In this document: piece by piece, positions 39,555 to 53,589 of the stretch
Position numbering within the stretch: position 1 is the stretch's first letter
Layout: each line of letters starts with the position of its first letter
Translations under genes and position numbers: made by a program
DNA from: Vicugna vicugna
Taxonomy: Eukaryota
Reading direction: 5' to 3'
Assembly (NCBI GenBank): GCA_013265495.1
Contig: MU058198.1
Coordinates: forward strand, 3,174,419-3,238,418
DNA: 64,000 bases
Notes under the pieces: model-generated
What the model was told of the DNA's origin: nothing
The model's database searches: none
Seen by the model: only the letters and a program-made list of their open reading frames with translations

Positions 39555-41978
39555 TCATCAGTAAGATGGCCTGGCTTTCAGGGCTGCTGCGGAGACGACA
39601 CGGGGCCCGGGGCATGGGGCTGCCACACACTCAGTGCTATGTGCACGGCAGCTGTGTGTGTGTTACAAGGATTACAGGGGCGGGGAGAAGTGGGCACTGG
39701 GAGCACTGGGGACGTGTCAGGGCCGGGTCACAGAGGGCAGCCTGAGAACCACGTGCAGCCTGCATAGTAGGAAACAGGCAACCCCTGCAGGTTCCCAGCA
39801 AGGCTGTGACAAGACGAGCCGGTGCGGGGAGGGCCCGCCAGGCTGAGAGGGGGTAAAGGAGCAGCCGTCCAGGCTAGAGAGAGACGGGCCTGGCCCCCGA
39901 GAGGAAGGAGCACACCCGACAGCAGAAGTGGAAAGAAGGGGAGAAATGAGAGCAACATTCAAAAAAAGAAAAAAATTATGGGGCCATGCAGAGAACAACA
40001 CACATTTAGAAGAAAATAAGCAAAACGCTACCACCATGACCACTACTACCACTGACAACACAGAACATGAAGTTACTGGTAAAAGCACCATCTGCTTCGA
40101 GAGGAGCCCGAAGGCACGTGGGAAACCGGCAATACCAGCGTGACGTGATCTGGTTTTTCAAAAATTTTTTTAAATTAAGACATTTTTAAACATTTTAACA
40201 GATCTGATCTAAAAGCTCTATACATCTCCAAGGCTTTTGATTTTATGTCAAACAGTCGTCCAGTAATTTAAACTGCATATAATGTAAACTGGTTTCCTCC
40301 ACATCGCCCACACGAAGCATAAACACTTAGAAATACATATGTGTATACATATATATATATATATGTCAATTTGATAGGTTATAAAATGATATAACCTACT
40401 TTCACTTGCAGCTCTTAGAGGATTATCAAAATTAAACATTTCTCTGTATGTTTTAGTTCACTGGAATGCCTGCGTGCTGTTTGCTTATTTCCTGTGGGCG
40501 TTCATCATCTTCTTACTGATTCGTAAGGACTCAAAAAAACCGGGACATTAACCATTATCTACCATGGATGTCGCTATTTTTTCCAGTTTATCATTTATCT
40601 TTCAATTTCCTTTACAGCTTCTGTCTCTTATTGCAAAGTCTTAAAGTCTTAAAATCTTCCCTTCCCTACCTCTAAGATGAATTAATATTCACTCATAGTT
40701 TAGCTTAACAGGTTTCATATTTTAAATTTGAATTTTAAATAGAATTATTCTTTGTCTCAAGAATTATATGTGAGTAACCTTAATATTTGTAACCCTGTGA
40801 AACTCATGGAGATTTTACTTGTGTTATTTTTGTAAACAATTTATAGAAATTTGACAACAATGCCTATTCTCTGTGGGATAAAAAGCTTGGTATACTGATT
40901 CCATCAAGTATGATTATACTGAATAATTCCTCATTAATTTCCCGTTTCAATCTGTCAAAGCCTAAAGGAGAGGAACAAGTGGTTTTTTCAGTACAAGTGG
41001 TTTTTTCAGTACATGGTTTTGTCATTAATGTCTGACAGCTTCTTCTTTCTGTATTTCAGTGCTGTGTTATTTGACACATAAAGGTACCTGACTATTATAG
41101 GTTCACGGTGGAATCCACCTGTTATCAATACAAAGAACAACTTAGTCCCATTTATTATCTTTTGGTTTGATTCAACTTCATCTAATAGTGATGAAGTGAT
41201 CTTGATTTATTATTTGCATTTACATGCGATGCCTTTTCACGATCCTTTATTTTTAACCTTTCGATGTGATTTTATTTTCCGTTGTGGTACCTCCTCTTGA
41301 GCTGCTGGATCTTTTATATTACCAAGTGATTATTTTGTTTGTTTGTTCAGCCTTACAGAGGGAGGCCTATAATGCTCACTATTAGGAAAAAGATGATTTT
41401 TGATCAGAGAGTATGCGGTCCCTCTTCAAATCTGTCAGGCCCAGATAATGAGAAAAAAGAAAGATTTTAATTTACTGTACTTTTTATCTTATCAGTTTAG
41501 AGACCCAAGAGCCTTGGGGAGTTGGGAGCACACTATAGCCAGAGGCATCTGGACAGGAAAAGCTAACCTCTATGCTGAAGAGTTTATTTTTGTCCTAACG
41601 AGAAAAACTGTTCCTATGAGGTGCCACTTTTCTTGGCATGTAGGCCACACAGAGAGGGAGCAGAGACAGAGTCAGGGGGCACCCTTGCCCTGTGAGGTCA
41701 CTCTGCCACCAGTAAGTGCCTATGACCCTGGGCCCGCCTGCCACCACCTCCCAGCTGAGGGGCACTGGTGGAGTGCCCCTCTGCTCTCCACCCCAGGGAT
41801 GCTCCGCATACGGTGAGACAAAGTCAGGACGGCTCCTCCCCTAACCCACTCTGGCCTGCAGAAGCTCCTCGGAGGGTGCACTTAGAGAGGACCCCAGTCT
41901 TTCCTAGCCACTATTTTGCACTTTGACAATGATTTCGGTGGGAGTGTGGAGGATGTATGTGATGGGGTTAAGGCGCTA

Positions 41979-42170
<192 letters not shown>

Positions 42171-42634
42171 TCAGCCCAGCGTTGATGCAGTAATTATGTC
42201 GTACGGTACATACATCAGAAGGCAAATGGCAGACAGACAGAACTGCTAGTCTTGAGGCAGCCCCAGGTCTGATCTTTCCGAAGTGTGGTAATATTGGTTT
42301 AGGCAACATCTACAGCAACCAACAGTAGTTTGCATGTAGATCATAGATTCATCCTTCTCACTAATGGCCTCAATATTTTTGGAATGCATTCAATGCAAGC
42401 TCTACCTCAAATGAGTAATGGACACTGAAGGTTTTGTAAAATTTAAAGCACTTGTGTAAATACAAGTTATTATTACTGTTCATAGATGAAAAACCAATAA
42501 GATGCTAATGTCAACAAGTGTGTGGTTGAGCAAGAATTCCAACCCTGTCTTCTGGATCTAGATCTGGGTCTCTCCCTTCTAGGTGATTTAACCAGAAGGA
42601 GGGAGGAATTTTGTTGGAAAAAAGCCAGTGTCTC

Positions 42635-43130
42635 TTAGTTTTCGGAGTACAAGTCCTTTGCCTCCTTGGGTAGGTTTATTCCTAGGTATTTTATTCTTTT
42701 AGGTGTGATGGTAAATGGGACTGTTTCCTTCATTTCTTTTTCTGCTATTTTGTTGTTAGTGTACACAAATGCAACTGACTTCTGTGTGTTAATTTTGTAT
42801 CCTGCAACTTTACCAAATTCATTGATGAGTTCTAGTAGTTTTCTGGTCGCTTCTTTAGCGTTTTCTATGTATAGTATCATGTCATCCACGAACAGTGACA
42901 GTTTTACTTCTTCTTTTCTGACTTGAATTCTGTTTATTTCTTTTTCTTCTCTGATTGCTGTGGCTACGATTGCCAAAACTATGTTGAATAAAAGTGATGA
43001 AAGTGGGCTTCCTTGTCTTGTTCCTGATCTTAGAGGAAATGCTTTCAGCTTTTCATTAAGTACAACGTTAGCTGTGGGTTTGTCATATATGGCCTTTATT
43101 ATGTTGAGGTATGTTCCCTCTATGCCCACT
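42635..43130 (-). mobile_element. Internal L1 ORF2 (reverse transcriptase) fragment
   Basis: Open 164-aa frame [20 protein letters not shown]...[17 protein letters not shown]...LFVDDMILY...IKYLGINL. Confidence 0.93.
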
Positions 43131-45314
43131 TTGGAAAGTACATGTTTTGTTTCAAAATAAGGTTGATCTCCAGGTTACAACAATGCAATACATACTTTTA
43201 AAAAAAGGTACTGGAGCCTGATACTGCTTTTTTTTTTGCTTCCATATTGATTCCACACATTCATTCCAACTTAGAATCGACGCTGGTTTGGTAAGCTAAA
43301 AGTCCGAGGACTATCAGAGTGAGATCTTTTGGTCTACACATCTCCACAGTGGCAGGTCCCTCTTAGAGTGTGGTGTCCAGAAGTTAAGGCAGACTCCCCA
43401 AAATCTACCAGCCCAGAGGACTACAGGATGATTACACCCTCATTTCTAAACATTTAATGTAGTCCATCATGCTAACGAAAATTGTTAGTTTGGTCTCCTT
43501 TTAAAGAGGCTGATTTAAATTAAATCAGGACTTTTCCCTTTCATTTACTTAGCATAATCTTTCATTCAAACTAGACAAGTGGTCACTTAACCTCACTAAT
43601 AATAACCTCACAACCGCTGTACATGTCAGCTTGAAATGGCAACAAATTCATCCTTTTTTTCCCAGACTGGAAGAGGAGAAGGATGCTGACTTCTGGGGTT
43701 AGAATGGCTCCATTCTAATTCCATTCAGTAAGCACTTCCTGAATACCTACTATGTGCAGAGACCACAGGCACATTCCTATGTTCGGTACCTATTTCATCT
43801 ATAGTCAAAACCGCCTGGCTAAGTCCACAGAGCTGTTTCAAGTTTTACTTGAAACAGAGAATCATCACCATCATGCCTTACATCTATGTTACTTCCTTTC
43901 AAAACATTTTCTCCTATTTCATCCCTTTATACTGTTCACGCAGTTTGGGGTAAGTGAGGGCATTCACCAGCAAGGCAAAATGTCAATTAGGTGCAAAATT
44001 TCAATAATCTGACATCTCAAACTTCAATTAATTGGCCTTAAGATTGTGGGGACTGCATGGTTCCTAGAGATTCCACGATGCCAGGTTTCTCTCAGGAGTT
44101 CTGTCTATATTTACTTCTCAGAAATCAATGTGGGAAGGGATGCCCACCATCATACCTGCAGATGTCGTCCACTATCCCCAAATATCCAACAAATACCCCT
44201 TGAGGTCCTGTTTGGGTAAGCGCAGTGACTCAGGAGAAACAAAAAGCTTTGCGGTCAGGAGGACCTGGGCTTGCGTTCTGGCTCTACCACCGTGTGACGC
44301 TGGACAACTTACTTCATGTGTCGGGGCCTTGTTTCATCACCTCTGAAATGAGCATGATCTCATGCTTACTTCAAAGGGCTGTGGTGAGGATGAAATTAAT
44401 ATTGTGTGCGACACACAGAAAGCACCTGGCATCCAAACAGAGCAGCCGCTGGATAAAGGGCTTCCCTGCCCCACTCCCATCCCCCAGAGCATGGTGCTCT
44501 TGCCTGTGAAACACGGCTGCCCACAACTGGCTCACAGGGTTGTTGTTGAGATAAAATTCTATCTAGACTGTGCACTATCTCAAGGCACCGATAAGAGCCC
44601 AGCACTGTCCTTGCATGCAGTGTTCAATAAACGTTCACTTCCTGAGTTCAGGCCATCAGGTACGGTAGCTACCTGGGGGCTGATGAGTCACGGTAGGTGG
44701 GAGAGGGCCCTGACCTAGAAACTCACCCTTGCCTTCCTCACTCCTCTACATCTCGGTTTCCTCAACTTTAAAATCAACTTGAGAACCTCTCAAAACCTTT
44801 CTAGCAACATCATTGCTGGAATCAGTTTAGATTACAATGCACACTGTCTCAACTCTAAAAATGAGATTATTCCCATTGGTTGTGAAGACGAACCCACATT
44901 TTCAGTCCCCTCAGTCCAGGATACTGGGTAACGAACGCCCTGGAAAACAGCAGGAAAGCAGCTGCCACCTGGGACTGGACGCTGCTCCCAGTGAACAGGG
45001 AGGGAGTGGTCTGCCGTCCCCACTGCTGCCCACCAGCGGGCTCACCACGCGCTGCTTCTAACTGTATAATACTTACTTTTAAAATTCCTTTGCATCTATT
45101 TCAGTGGTCAAAACTAGCATGGGGGTGAGTTCTAAAGTGAGAGCTTAAGGTAGAAATCACCTATCTCAAAATTACCCTTGAAAATCCCAGAAATCTTCCC
45201 CAGTGTGCGGAATCCATGGTGCAGGTATATTACCTCTACACTGTATTTTTTATGCACACTGACACTTAAGCGCAAGGAGCTGGACTGCAGGAAAGAGTGA
45301 AAGGGAAGGCCATG

Positions 45315-45578
45315 GGGGCGGGGGGTGGGAGGGGACAGACTGGGAGTTCAAAATGTAGAATAGATAAACAACATTATACTGTATAGCACAGGGAAATATA
45401 TACAAGATCTTGTGGTAGCTCACAGAGAAAAGAGTATGTGACAATGAATATATGTATGTTCGTGTATAACTGAAAAATTGTGCTCTACAGTGGAATTTGA
45501 CACAACATTGTAAAATGACTATAACTCAATAAAAAAAGTTTAAAAAAATTCAAATAAAAATTAAAGTTAAAATTACAA
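45315..45578 (+). mobile_element. 5'-truncated L1 3' end with perfect 15-bp TSD
   Basis: TSD aaagggaaggccatg at 45300-45314 and 45579-45593; A-rich tail; same family as 60678-61407. Confidence 0.9.
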
Positions 45579-46214
45579 AAAGGGAAGGCCATGCACAGAC
45601 GTCTTGGGTGACCATGGACTCCCAGGGGTGCAAGGTGAAGCAGGAAAGGATTCCAAGTGCCCCTGCTCCCCTGTAGGGCTTATTCTGTTCTTTGTTAGTA
45701 TTAAGTCTCTAGAACCATAATTCTTGTTAAGAGATTAATTTGCTGCTGTGGAACTGAACATGAGAGCTCTCAGCCTGGGCTGGGCACACGGTAGCTGCTC
45801 ACTACAAGTTTTCTGAATTGGAATTCAGAACTAAAGACACCATGTTCTTCTGAAAAGTTACAAAGAATCCAAACACAGCCACCTGCTTCCTGTCTTCCCA
45901 AATCGGAATCTCCTACTGGATTCACACCCTGATGCCCTTAGGCTCTGGCCACACCTCATATTGAGAGGGACGGAGGAGGGGCAGGAATGTGTTAGGTTCT
46001 GAAACCAGCATGTGTTTCACCAGCAGGTTTAAGGAAATCAGCTGCATTTCCTCAAAGTCCTGGATATGGATGGAGACTATCCAAAAGCAAAGGCGCAGAC
46101 AGCACAGATGCGGTGCGGTAAGGACTGTTTTAACCAGAAGGGCCAGAATCAAAAGACAAGGCGAGGGCTGCAACGCTGAGACCAGCGTGGAGACTGATGC
46201 ACAGAGGCTCTTAC

Positions 46215-46298
46215 GTTGCTGATGTACTCCAGAGGGGTGAGACTGAAGGTGGGCAGGTCATCGGTCAAGGTCTCTCCAATGCCAGCTGTGCTCCAGCT
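46215..46298 (-). CDS. COG7: COG7 exon 14
   Basis: [28 protein letters not shown]; tag acceptor, gtaaga donor; 84 nt. Confidence 0.95.
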
Positions 46299-48294
46299 CT
46301 AGAGGAGGAAGGGGAGGAAGCAATCAATGTCATAGCAACCGGGCCGCGCGGGAAGGCACCAGGTGCTGGAAAATACAGGAAGGACACAGCATCCCCCATA
46401 GACATTGTCTGCTCAGAGCTGGGATTTAGGATCACAACCACATGGCAGACCAGGGATTTCTCTTCTCTAAGTCATTCCTTTCTCTCTGCATCCCTGTAGA
46501 TCCATAAAAGAGGAACCCCCACCTCCTCAACTCAGCTTTTTGATGGGAACAGATCCCTTCTGCTTACCTCCCCCAGTATGTGAAAGGAGGAACTGGGCAT
46601 TCTTTTTTTTTTTTAATGGAGGTACTGGGGATTGAACCCAAGAGTCGGATGTTTTTTGGTCTGAGTTTCTCCACTAGGTAGGGGCAACAGGTCAAAAGCC
46701 TCTGGGCACAGGGAGCCTCACTAATTCTGGGTCATCAGCTGGCACTCTGCAGGGACGAGGACTCCCCAGAACCCTCCACAGAGACCATCTGTGAATCCCG
46801 CATCTTGGGACAGAGGTTGGGAAGCCCTGTCTGGTTGTGGGAATGTCCAAACCGCATTCGCCAATACTATTTTACTAAGTTTAAGCTGCTGCTTTTATCC
46901 CACCTGCTTTCTGGGTCTACCTCTCAACTGATTCAGAACTCAAAGGGAAGGGGTGAGGAGGAGCCTCAAGCCCCGCCGGCAGCCCTCTGTCCCCTGCAGG
47001 AGCCCCGTCTGGAGACCTGCGGCACCGACGTATCTTCCTTCGTCATGGAAGGCGGACCTGTGCTATCACTGTGGGAGCCTTCCCAGCCTCCTCGACAGAG
47101 TTAGACCAATTACCAGCAAGCACGTGGTTGCAGAGTTCAGCCTGGCACACCTTTACACAGAAAATCTAGTTTCTTAATACTTACCTGAGTCACCCTAAAG
47201 CCAGCCTGGAAAACAAGGCCCTTTCTGGCTGGACTCCTGGAGTGACTCCTGAGGTCACGTTGTAGCTGCTCTCTGCAGCCACCTGATGCCTGATCTGGTT
47301 GCTTGATCCTTTAAGTAGCTTTCCGGGAATGTCATGATCACGTCCACCCCTGGGCTCCCGGCCCAGGCCAAGCCTCTGCCGTCCTCCCCCTGCTCTCCAG
47401 CACCAATTCGATTCTAACTTTCCTGCTCTAGACAAGTTCCTTTCTTCCCCATCCCTGCTCCTACAGTTTCTTAAACTCCTTGTTCTTTTTTGAGAATGAA
47501 TCCTCTTTCCCTTCAAAATATCCTACTTTTTTTTTAACTCCCACCCCGCAGGGATGGGTCACTCCAATCATCCACATGCACTGAGCACTGCATGCCAGGC
47601 TTTGTCGAGAGGAGACAATGAAACGGACGTCTTGGTTCCTGCTCTCCTTGGGACACCAAGACCCTCTGACACACTCTCACCCTATACCCGCTACATCTAC
47701 ACACACACATACACACAGAGGCTTCCTCTTCGACAGTTCTCAGTGGCAGATGTAAGATTTCACACAATCAGAGTTCAGAGGAGTGAGGGCTCAAGGTGGT
47801 CAGAGAAGGGACCAGCCACAGGATGCATGAGGTGCAGAGAGGGTAGGCTGGGAAGACAAGGCTCTACCTTCAACAAACAAATTGCAAGGGAAAAGGAGAG
47901 AGAGAAAGAGAGAGAGAGAGAGATGGAAAGGTAATCTGTAGTTCAAAAGAGATATAAAAGGCATTATCAACGAATCCCAATGTGCAGAGCTAATCTGGAT
48001 CCTGATTCCAACAGTTAAATCATGACATTTATAAGTCAATTAGAAATTTGAACACTGATTAATGATACTAAGGAATTATTTTTAATTTTATTTTTTAGGA
48101 GTAATTATGATATTGTGATTCTATTTTTTTAAGAGTTCTTACTTTAGATAGGGGATATACACGAAATACGACAGCCAAGAGTGGATCATCATCAAAGCAG
48201 GCTGATGAGGACATGCGGTTTATTATACTCTGCCCTGTACTCCTGCATATGTATGAAAACTTCATAATCAAATTTTTAAAAGTAGACCATCACA

Positions 48295-48413
48295 GGGGGG
48301 AGGGTACAGCTCAGTGGTAGAGCGCATGCAGCCCCAGTACCTCCATTCAAAATAAATAAATAGATAAATAATAATAAATAAATAAATCTAATTACCTCCC
48401 CCTCCTCCCAAAA
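48295..48413 (+). mobile_element. tRNA-Ala-derived SINE (Vic-1-like), internally deleted, with TSD
   Basis: ggggggagggtacagctcagtggtagagcgcatgc...; flanking tagaccatca repeats. Confidence 0.85.
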
Positions 48414-49665
48414 TAGACCATCATACCAACTGTGGGGAGCCAGGTAAGAGGCTTGAATGGGGAGAGACAAAATCAGAGTGATGCTTTATGAAGATTCATG
48501 CAGCTACTCTGACGAGGATTGTGGGTGAGGGGGCAGGCAGAAAGCTCACGAAGCAATTCAGAGATGATGAGGACTCAAATTAGGGCAGTGGTCATGGAAG
48601 GAGATGGAGACAGATTTAAAAAGAAGGAACAATACAATCAAGAGGTAAAGTCTCGGCAAAGAGGGGCCCAACGATGGAGCAGAGGTGGTACAGGCCAGAG
48701 AGGCAGAGAAAGGGGAGGCCGGGAGCCACACCAGGGAGGACAGGGGCAAGGGCTGAATCGTGGGGAAGGCCAGCATCACCGAGTGCACCTAAAGGACAAG
48801 CCCTGGGGGCTGGGGGCCCAGGAGAAGCTTCACAGGGGAGGCGGGAGGAGCAACGCTGGAGGCGATCAGGCAGGCAGACGGCAGAGGGCAAGAAGGGCCA
48901 GAGTGGAAAAGTACTTTGGAGTAAGGGCGCGACAGAGTGGGCTGGTGAGGGAGGGCCTTACAAAGCAGGAAGAGAGGGTGGACCTGAAGAGGTCAACAGG
49001 GAAATGGCCTAGATTATTTTTCAGTGGTTCAAAATGTATTTAAAAATTCCTTCAAAGGGGCTTTTCTATCCATCTGTCACCAGATAATGTAGGTAAACTT
49101 TAATAAGCTATTCAGAAAGGGAATAGACTGTTGGTTTATATTCTTGTTATGTAAAAAGGGCAATACGATTTACCAGCCAACATTAAAAACAAACATTTAA
49201 TGACCAGGGTTTAATTTTCAAAATCGTAAGGCCAAAGTGTTTGCCTTTGTATTGTGTGCGTTCTGGGGAACTCCTCCTAATCTCCAAGCTGCCGGCGTCC
49301 ATTCCCACCGCCCACCCTCCAGAGCTGCTGCAGTGAGGCCTGCAGGAGAAGGCGAGATGCAAGCAACCCAGGACCTGGCCTAACAGCGAGCGTGGAATTC
49401 AGAAGCAGAGGGGAGAGGACAGGTGGGAAGCACCACCCCCGTCTCAGTGGAAAACTGAGACCAAATAACTGGGAGAATTAAGGTTTCAGAACAGAAGGTC
49501 AAGATTTTAACCTCTGACAAGATACAAATAATAAAAGCAACCAAATCTAGAGGTTGGGGAAGGGAGATGAGAGATGTAAGGAATGCTAATCCCACCAGCT
49601 TTCAGGGCAGGCAGAGCAGTTCTGTCTTAAACGGAAATGTGCTTAACAAAAGATAACGACTCCAA

Positions 49666-49833
49666 GGGGGAAAGATGTAGCTCAAGTGGGTAGCGCACAT
49701 GCTTAGTGTGCATGAGGTCCCAGGTTCAATCCCCAGTACCTCCTCCAAAAATAAATAAATAAACAAACCTAATTACCTCCCTCGCCCTCCCCTAAAAATA
49801 AAATAAATAAGACAAAATGAAACATTAAAAAAA
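49666..49833 (+). mobile_element. tRNA-Ala-derived SINE (Vic-1-like) with TSD
   Basis: TSD aaYgactccaa at 49655-49665 and 49834-49844. Confidence 0.88.
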
Positions 49834-51501
49834 AATGACTCCAATCTACCAGTAGTTCTCACAATCTTTTTTTCTTAACCTTGGAGAGATCTTCTGGGAA
49901 CTAGAATCTTTTGTGGTGAAGAAACTATTCTCTCAAGTTCAACCAATCCTTTGGTTTCATTTAACTTATCTTCTTTTTCTAGTTAAATTCAAATAAAATT
50001 TATACGGTATGCATTCTGTTTTTTTTAAAAAAACAGCACGTGGGTACAGTTCCATTTCTTCCTAGGGATCTGTCTACTGACGCCGGCCCAGCCTTCAGCG
50101 TGTCAGTGGGCAGGAGGAGATGTCTGGCCTAATGATTTCCAGGTGGTGGGATATTGAAGGAGTTTACTGCCTTTTGTTTTCTTTGTGCTTTTCTGTATTG
50201 CTTAAATTTCTCAGAATGAATATATGTACTTTTTATTTTTAAAAATTGTCATAACTTAAAAAAAAATGAGAATCACCGAAAGGAAGAGAACTGCCACTGG
50301 GTAAGCATCTACTCCGTGACAGCTGTTGTGCTAAATTCTATCATACACAAATTCTCACTTAATCCTCACTTGTGTGTATGGTGAAAATTACTCTATCCCC
50401 ATTTTAAAGAGGAGGAGCTGAGGCTCACAGAAGAAGTAACAGCCTCAGCCACGTGACCCAACGAGACCACGTACGTGTGGTGCCCAGGGGGAGCTACTGG
50501 TCATCGGCATCACGTCCGCTCCGCTGTGACAGCGGTGGCCACCACCCCACCACCTCACACACGCCTCCGCCCTGCCCATGCTGGAAATGCAAAATCTGGT
50601 TGGGGTAGATGTCATGGCATTTTGCATGAGGCTTGACCAGATCATACAGTGCATAAGTGAGTGGCCCGGGGCTCCCCGCCGAGTATGCTTCCCAGAGGGC
50701 AGCAGGAAGCAAAGGACTTCCTGAAAGGATCTCCTGGTTAGTAAAGGCCCATAACTGGATCTTTCCCAAAAGACTAAGCCGAATCTAGATAGACTTGAGG
50801 AGTCAGCGAGAAAGGTTAACCAGGCAGGGAACTGTTTCAGAAATCCCAAACGAAAGCTGAGATCTGAACCTGGGGAAGTCAGAGCCAGCAGAGAAAAAAA
50901 ATGACTGACAGGCAGTTCCTTGAAAAGGAATCAGGACAACCAGAAAACGGAAGAGGGTGGCAAGGCAAGGAAAGTGAGAAGTTCCAAGAACAGCCACTTA
51001 AAAAAGGTACCCAGGACAGAGAAGAGCAGAGCCCCCCACGCCGCTCAGAACCATCAGATCAAAGCTGCGAGGCGCTGTCCTGAGTACAGCTCCGCAACCA
51101 AGTCTGTACAAAAGTCTGTGGCGTGAAAACAGTCCAGCCTCACCAGACAGTTAGCTCCGCTGACCTCCGCCGGCCGATCCAGCGGCACGTAATCTCCCTG
51201 ACTTCTCCCTGCGAGGACACAGCGACGCTGCTCCAGATGGTGAAGGTTAATCAAGCGACAGTAATAATCCCTAATCCGCAATTAGCCTGAAAATGAAGCA
51301 TCGCAGCAACGACAGCTAAGACATTCTTGCTGAGCAATGAGTTGCATGGGAACAGTGACCCTGTACAGCGGGACTTCCAGCCTAGGAGAGTCAGAGGGGG
51401 CGCCTCCCAAAGCTCAGGGAAGAGGGTGCTGAGCCCAGGGCAGAAGGGGAGCGGGCAGCGGCGGGGAGTGCGTTCTCCGATGCAGTCGCTGAGACACTCA
51501 C

Positions 51502-51642
51502 ATCCATCTTGGAAATAAGGAGCAGCTGCTGTTTGATGCGCAGGAAAACCGAATCGAAAGCCAGTTGGTGGGCCTGCTGGTTAAGGCGAGTCAGGGCCGC
51601 TCGAGATGCCGAGAGCAGGTTGTGGTTACTTGATCCTTTTTC
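51502..51642 (-). CDS. COG7: COG7 exon 13
   Basis: [47 protein letters not shown]; 141 nt; gtgagt donor. Confidence 0.96.
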
Positions 51643-53271
51643 CTGAGACAAGAAAACCCGGAAGGCAAGTTGTTAGGCCCTGAATCCAACCAAGGTATTA
51701 GCTAAACAGCTAAACATTTTGAAAAGCCACTGAGAGGAAAACAGAAAGAGGGTGCCCTGCAACAGTGTGTCCAAACCTGGCTGCGCCAGGAGCCCCTGGG
51801 AAACACTTGAGTTACGGATACCCAGGCTCCACCACAGCTGGAGAATCTGAATCCAGCAGGCTTCTGGAGCCTGGGAACCTGTATTTTTAATTCACTTTCC
51901 CGGGTGACTCAGATGCATTGAAGCTAACACAAGCTCATGGATTGGCAGTTTAGGAAAAATTAACCTGTGACTGTCCCTCAGGGATAGAGGAGGAAGGGAA
52001 AAATGATCAGAAGTGTCCTGTTATATATAAACAAGAGCGATGGACAGAGCCCCGATTCCCAGCAAGGTCAGGTCAATTACACTCGGCTGGACACCAGAGT
52101 CTGCATAACCTGGGTGAGTCCCAGGGTACTCCAAAGAGCCTGAGAAAATACAGGGGTGGAAAACGCAGCCTTAGTTTTGCTATTATAAATGAACCGATTA
52201 CAACAAACAGACATAAATCAGATCAGCAATAAAGATAAACAGTGTTGCTTTAACCTAATCACAGAAGCATGGATGAATGAACTTGCAGAATGGCTTCAAG
52301 AAGTGTTTGTCAAGTTCAAATGCAGCCTGTTGGTGGGTCACGGTGTAGAGGGTGGGGGGAGGCCCTGCAAGGGCGATGCTGAGGCCTCAGACATCCTGAG
52401 GCACCCTGTGCAATCACCTCCAGAGCTAGAGGCCCACGGGGAGAATTTCAGATTGGATTTCATGCTATGGGGCCAACAGTATATCCTCTGCTCATCACCA
52501 AGAGGCTGACATTCAAATCAAACCCAGAGGGCAGGGGAGAGGTAAGGTGGTTCTAGAAAGGATGCCGTGGCCCTCGAGGAACTCTGGGGCCATTCCCAGG
52601 GAGTATGTGGCTCATCCCATTTTTGGGGAGGTTCTCCTGTCCCTGGACCCCAGGGGGCCCAAAGCTCAACATCAAGAGTAGCTTTAGAGTAGACAAACAA
52701 GAGTTTAAACTAAAGGAACAGCCAGGAGGATTGCCATGTGGAGGCACTTGCACTAGACGGGCACTCCCAGCTTCTCTCCATCCTCACTCCTCCACTGGGG
52801 AAGAGAAATGACGTCTCTGGCTGCTGGGCTGGACCCTACCTTTCCAGGTTCTGCCCACCAGCAGGCAGTACACGTTCTGGCCCCCATCTCTGTCACTCCG
52901 TACAGGGGACTGTCCCTGCATGGGGCCAGGGGCCATCCAGCTCCGCCCGTCCTGCCGACGGGTCGACCTCCAGAGGGAAGAACAGCAAGCTCGCTTGGCT
53001 TCAGGTCTAGAGCCACGTGCTCTAACTCACCTTCTGTCGGCAATAAAGCTCCACTTCCCCAACTCCTACAGCTGTATTTCAACTGGTCCCACCCAGTTTA
53101 GTTGATTACCATCTTAAAACCCGAACGTAAATGAGACAGAGATGTGGCGCAGGGCACACCACAGCCCAAGCCCCACATGCAGGGACAGGATCAGGGAAAG
53201 CCTGGGTCAGGGAAAGGGTGAGCGACAAGGGAAAAGCTTTCATTTGCAAGAATGCCATCAGTCTGGTCTCA

Positions 53272-53589
<318 letters not shown>

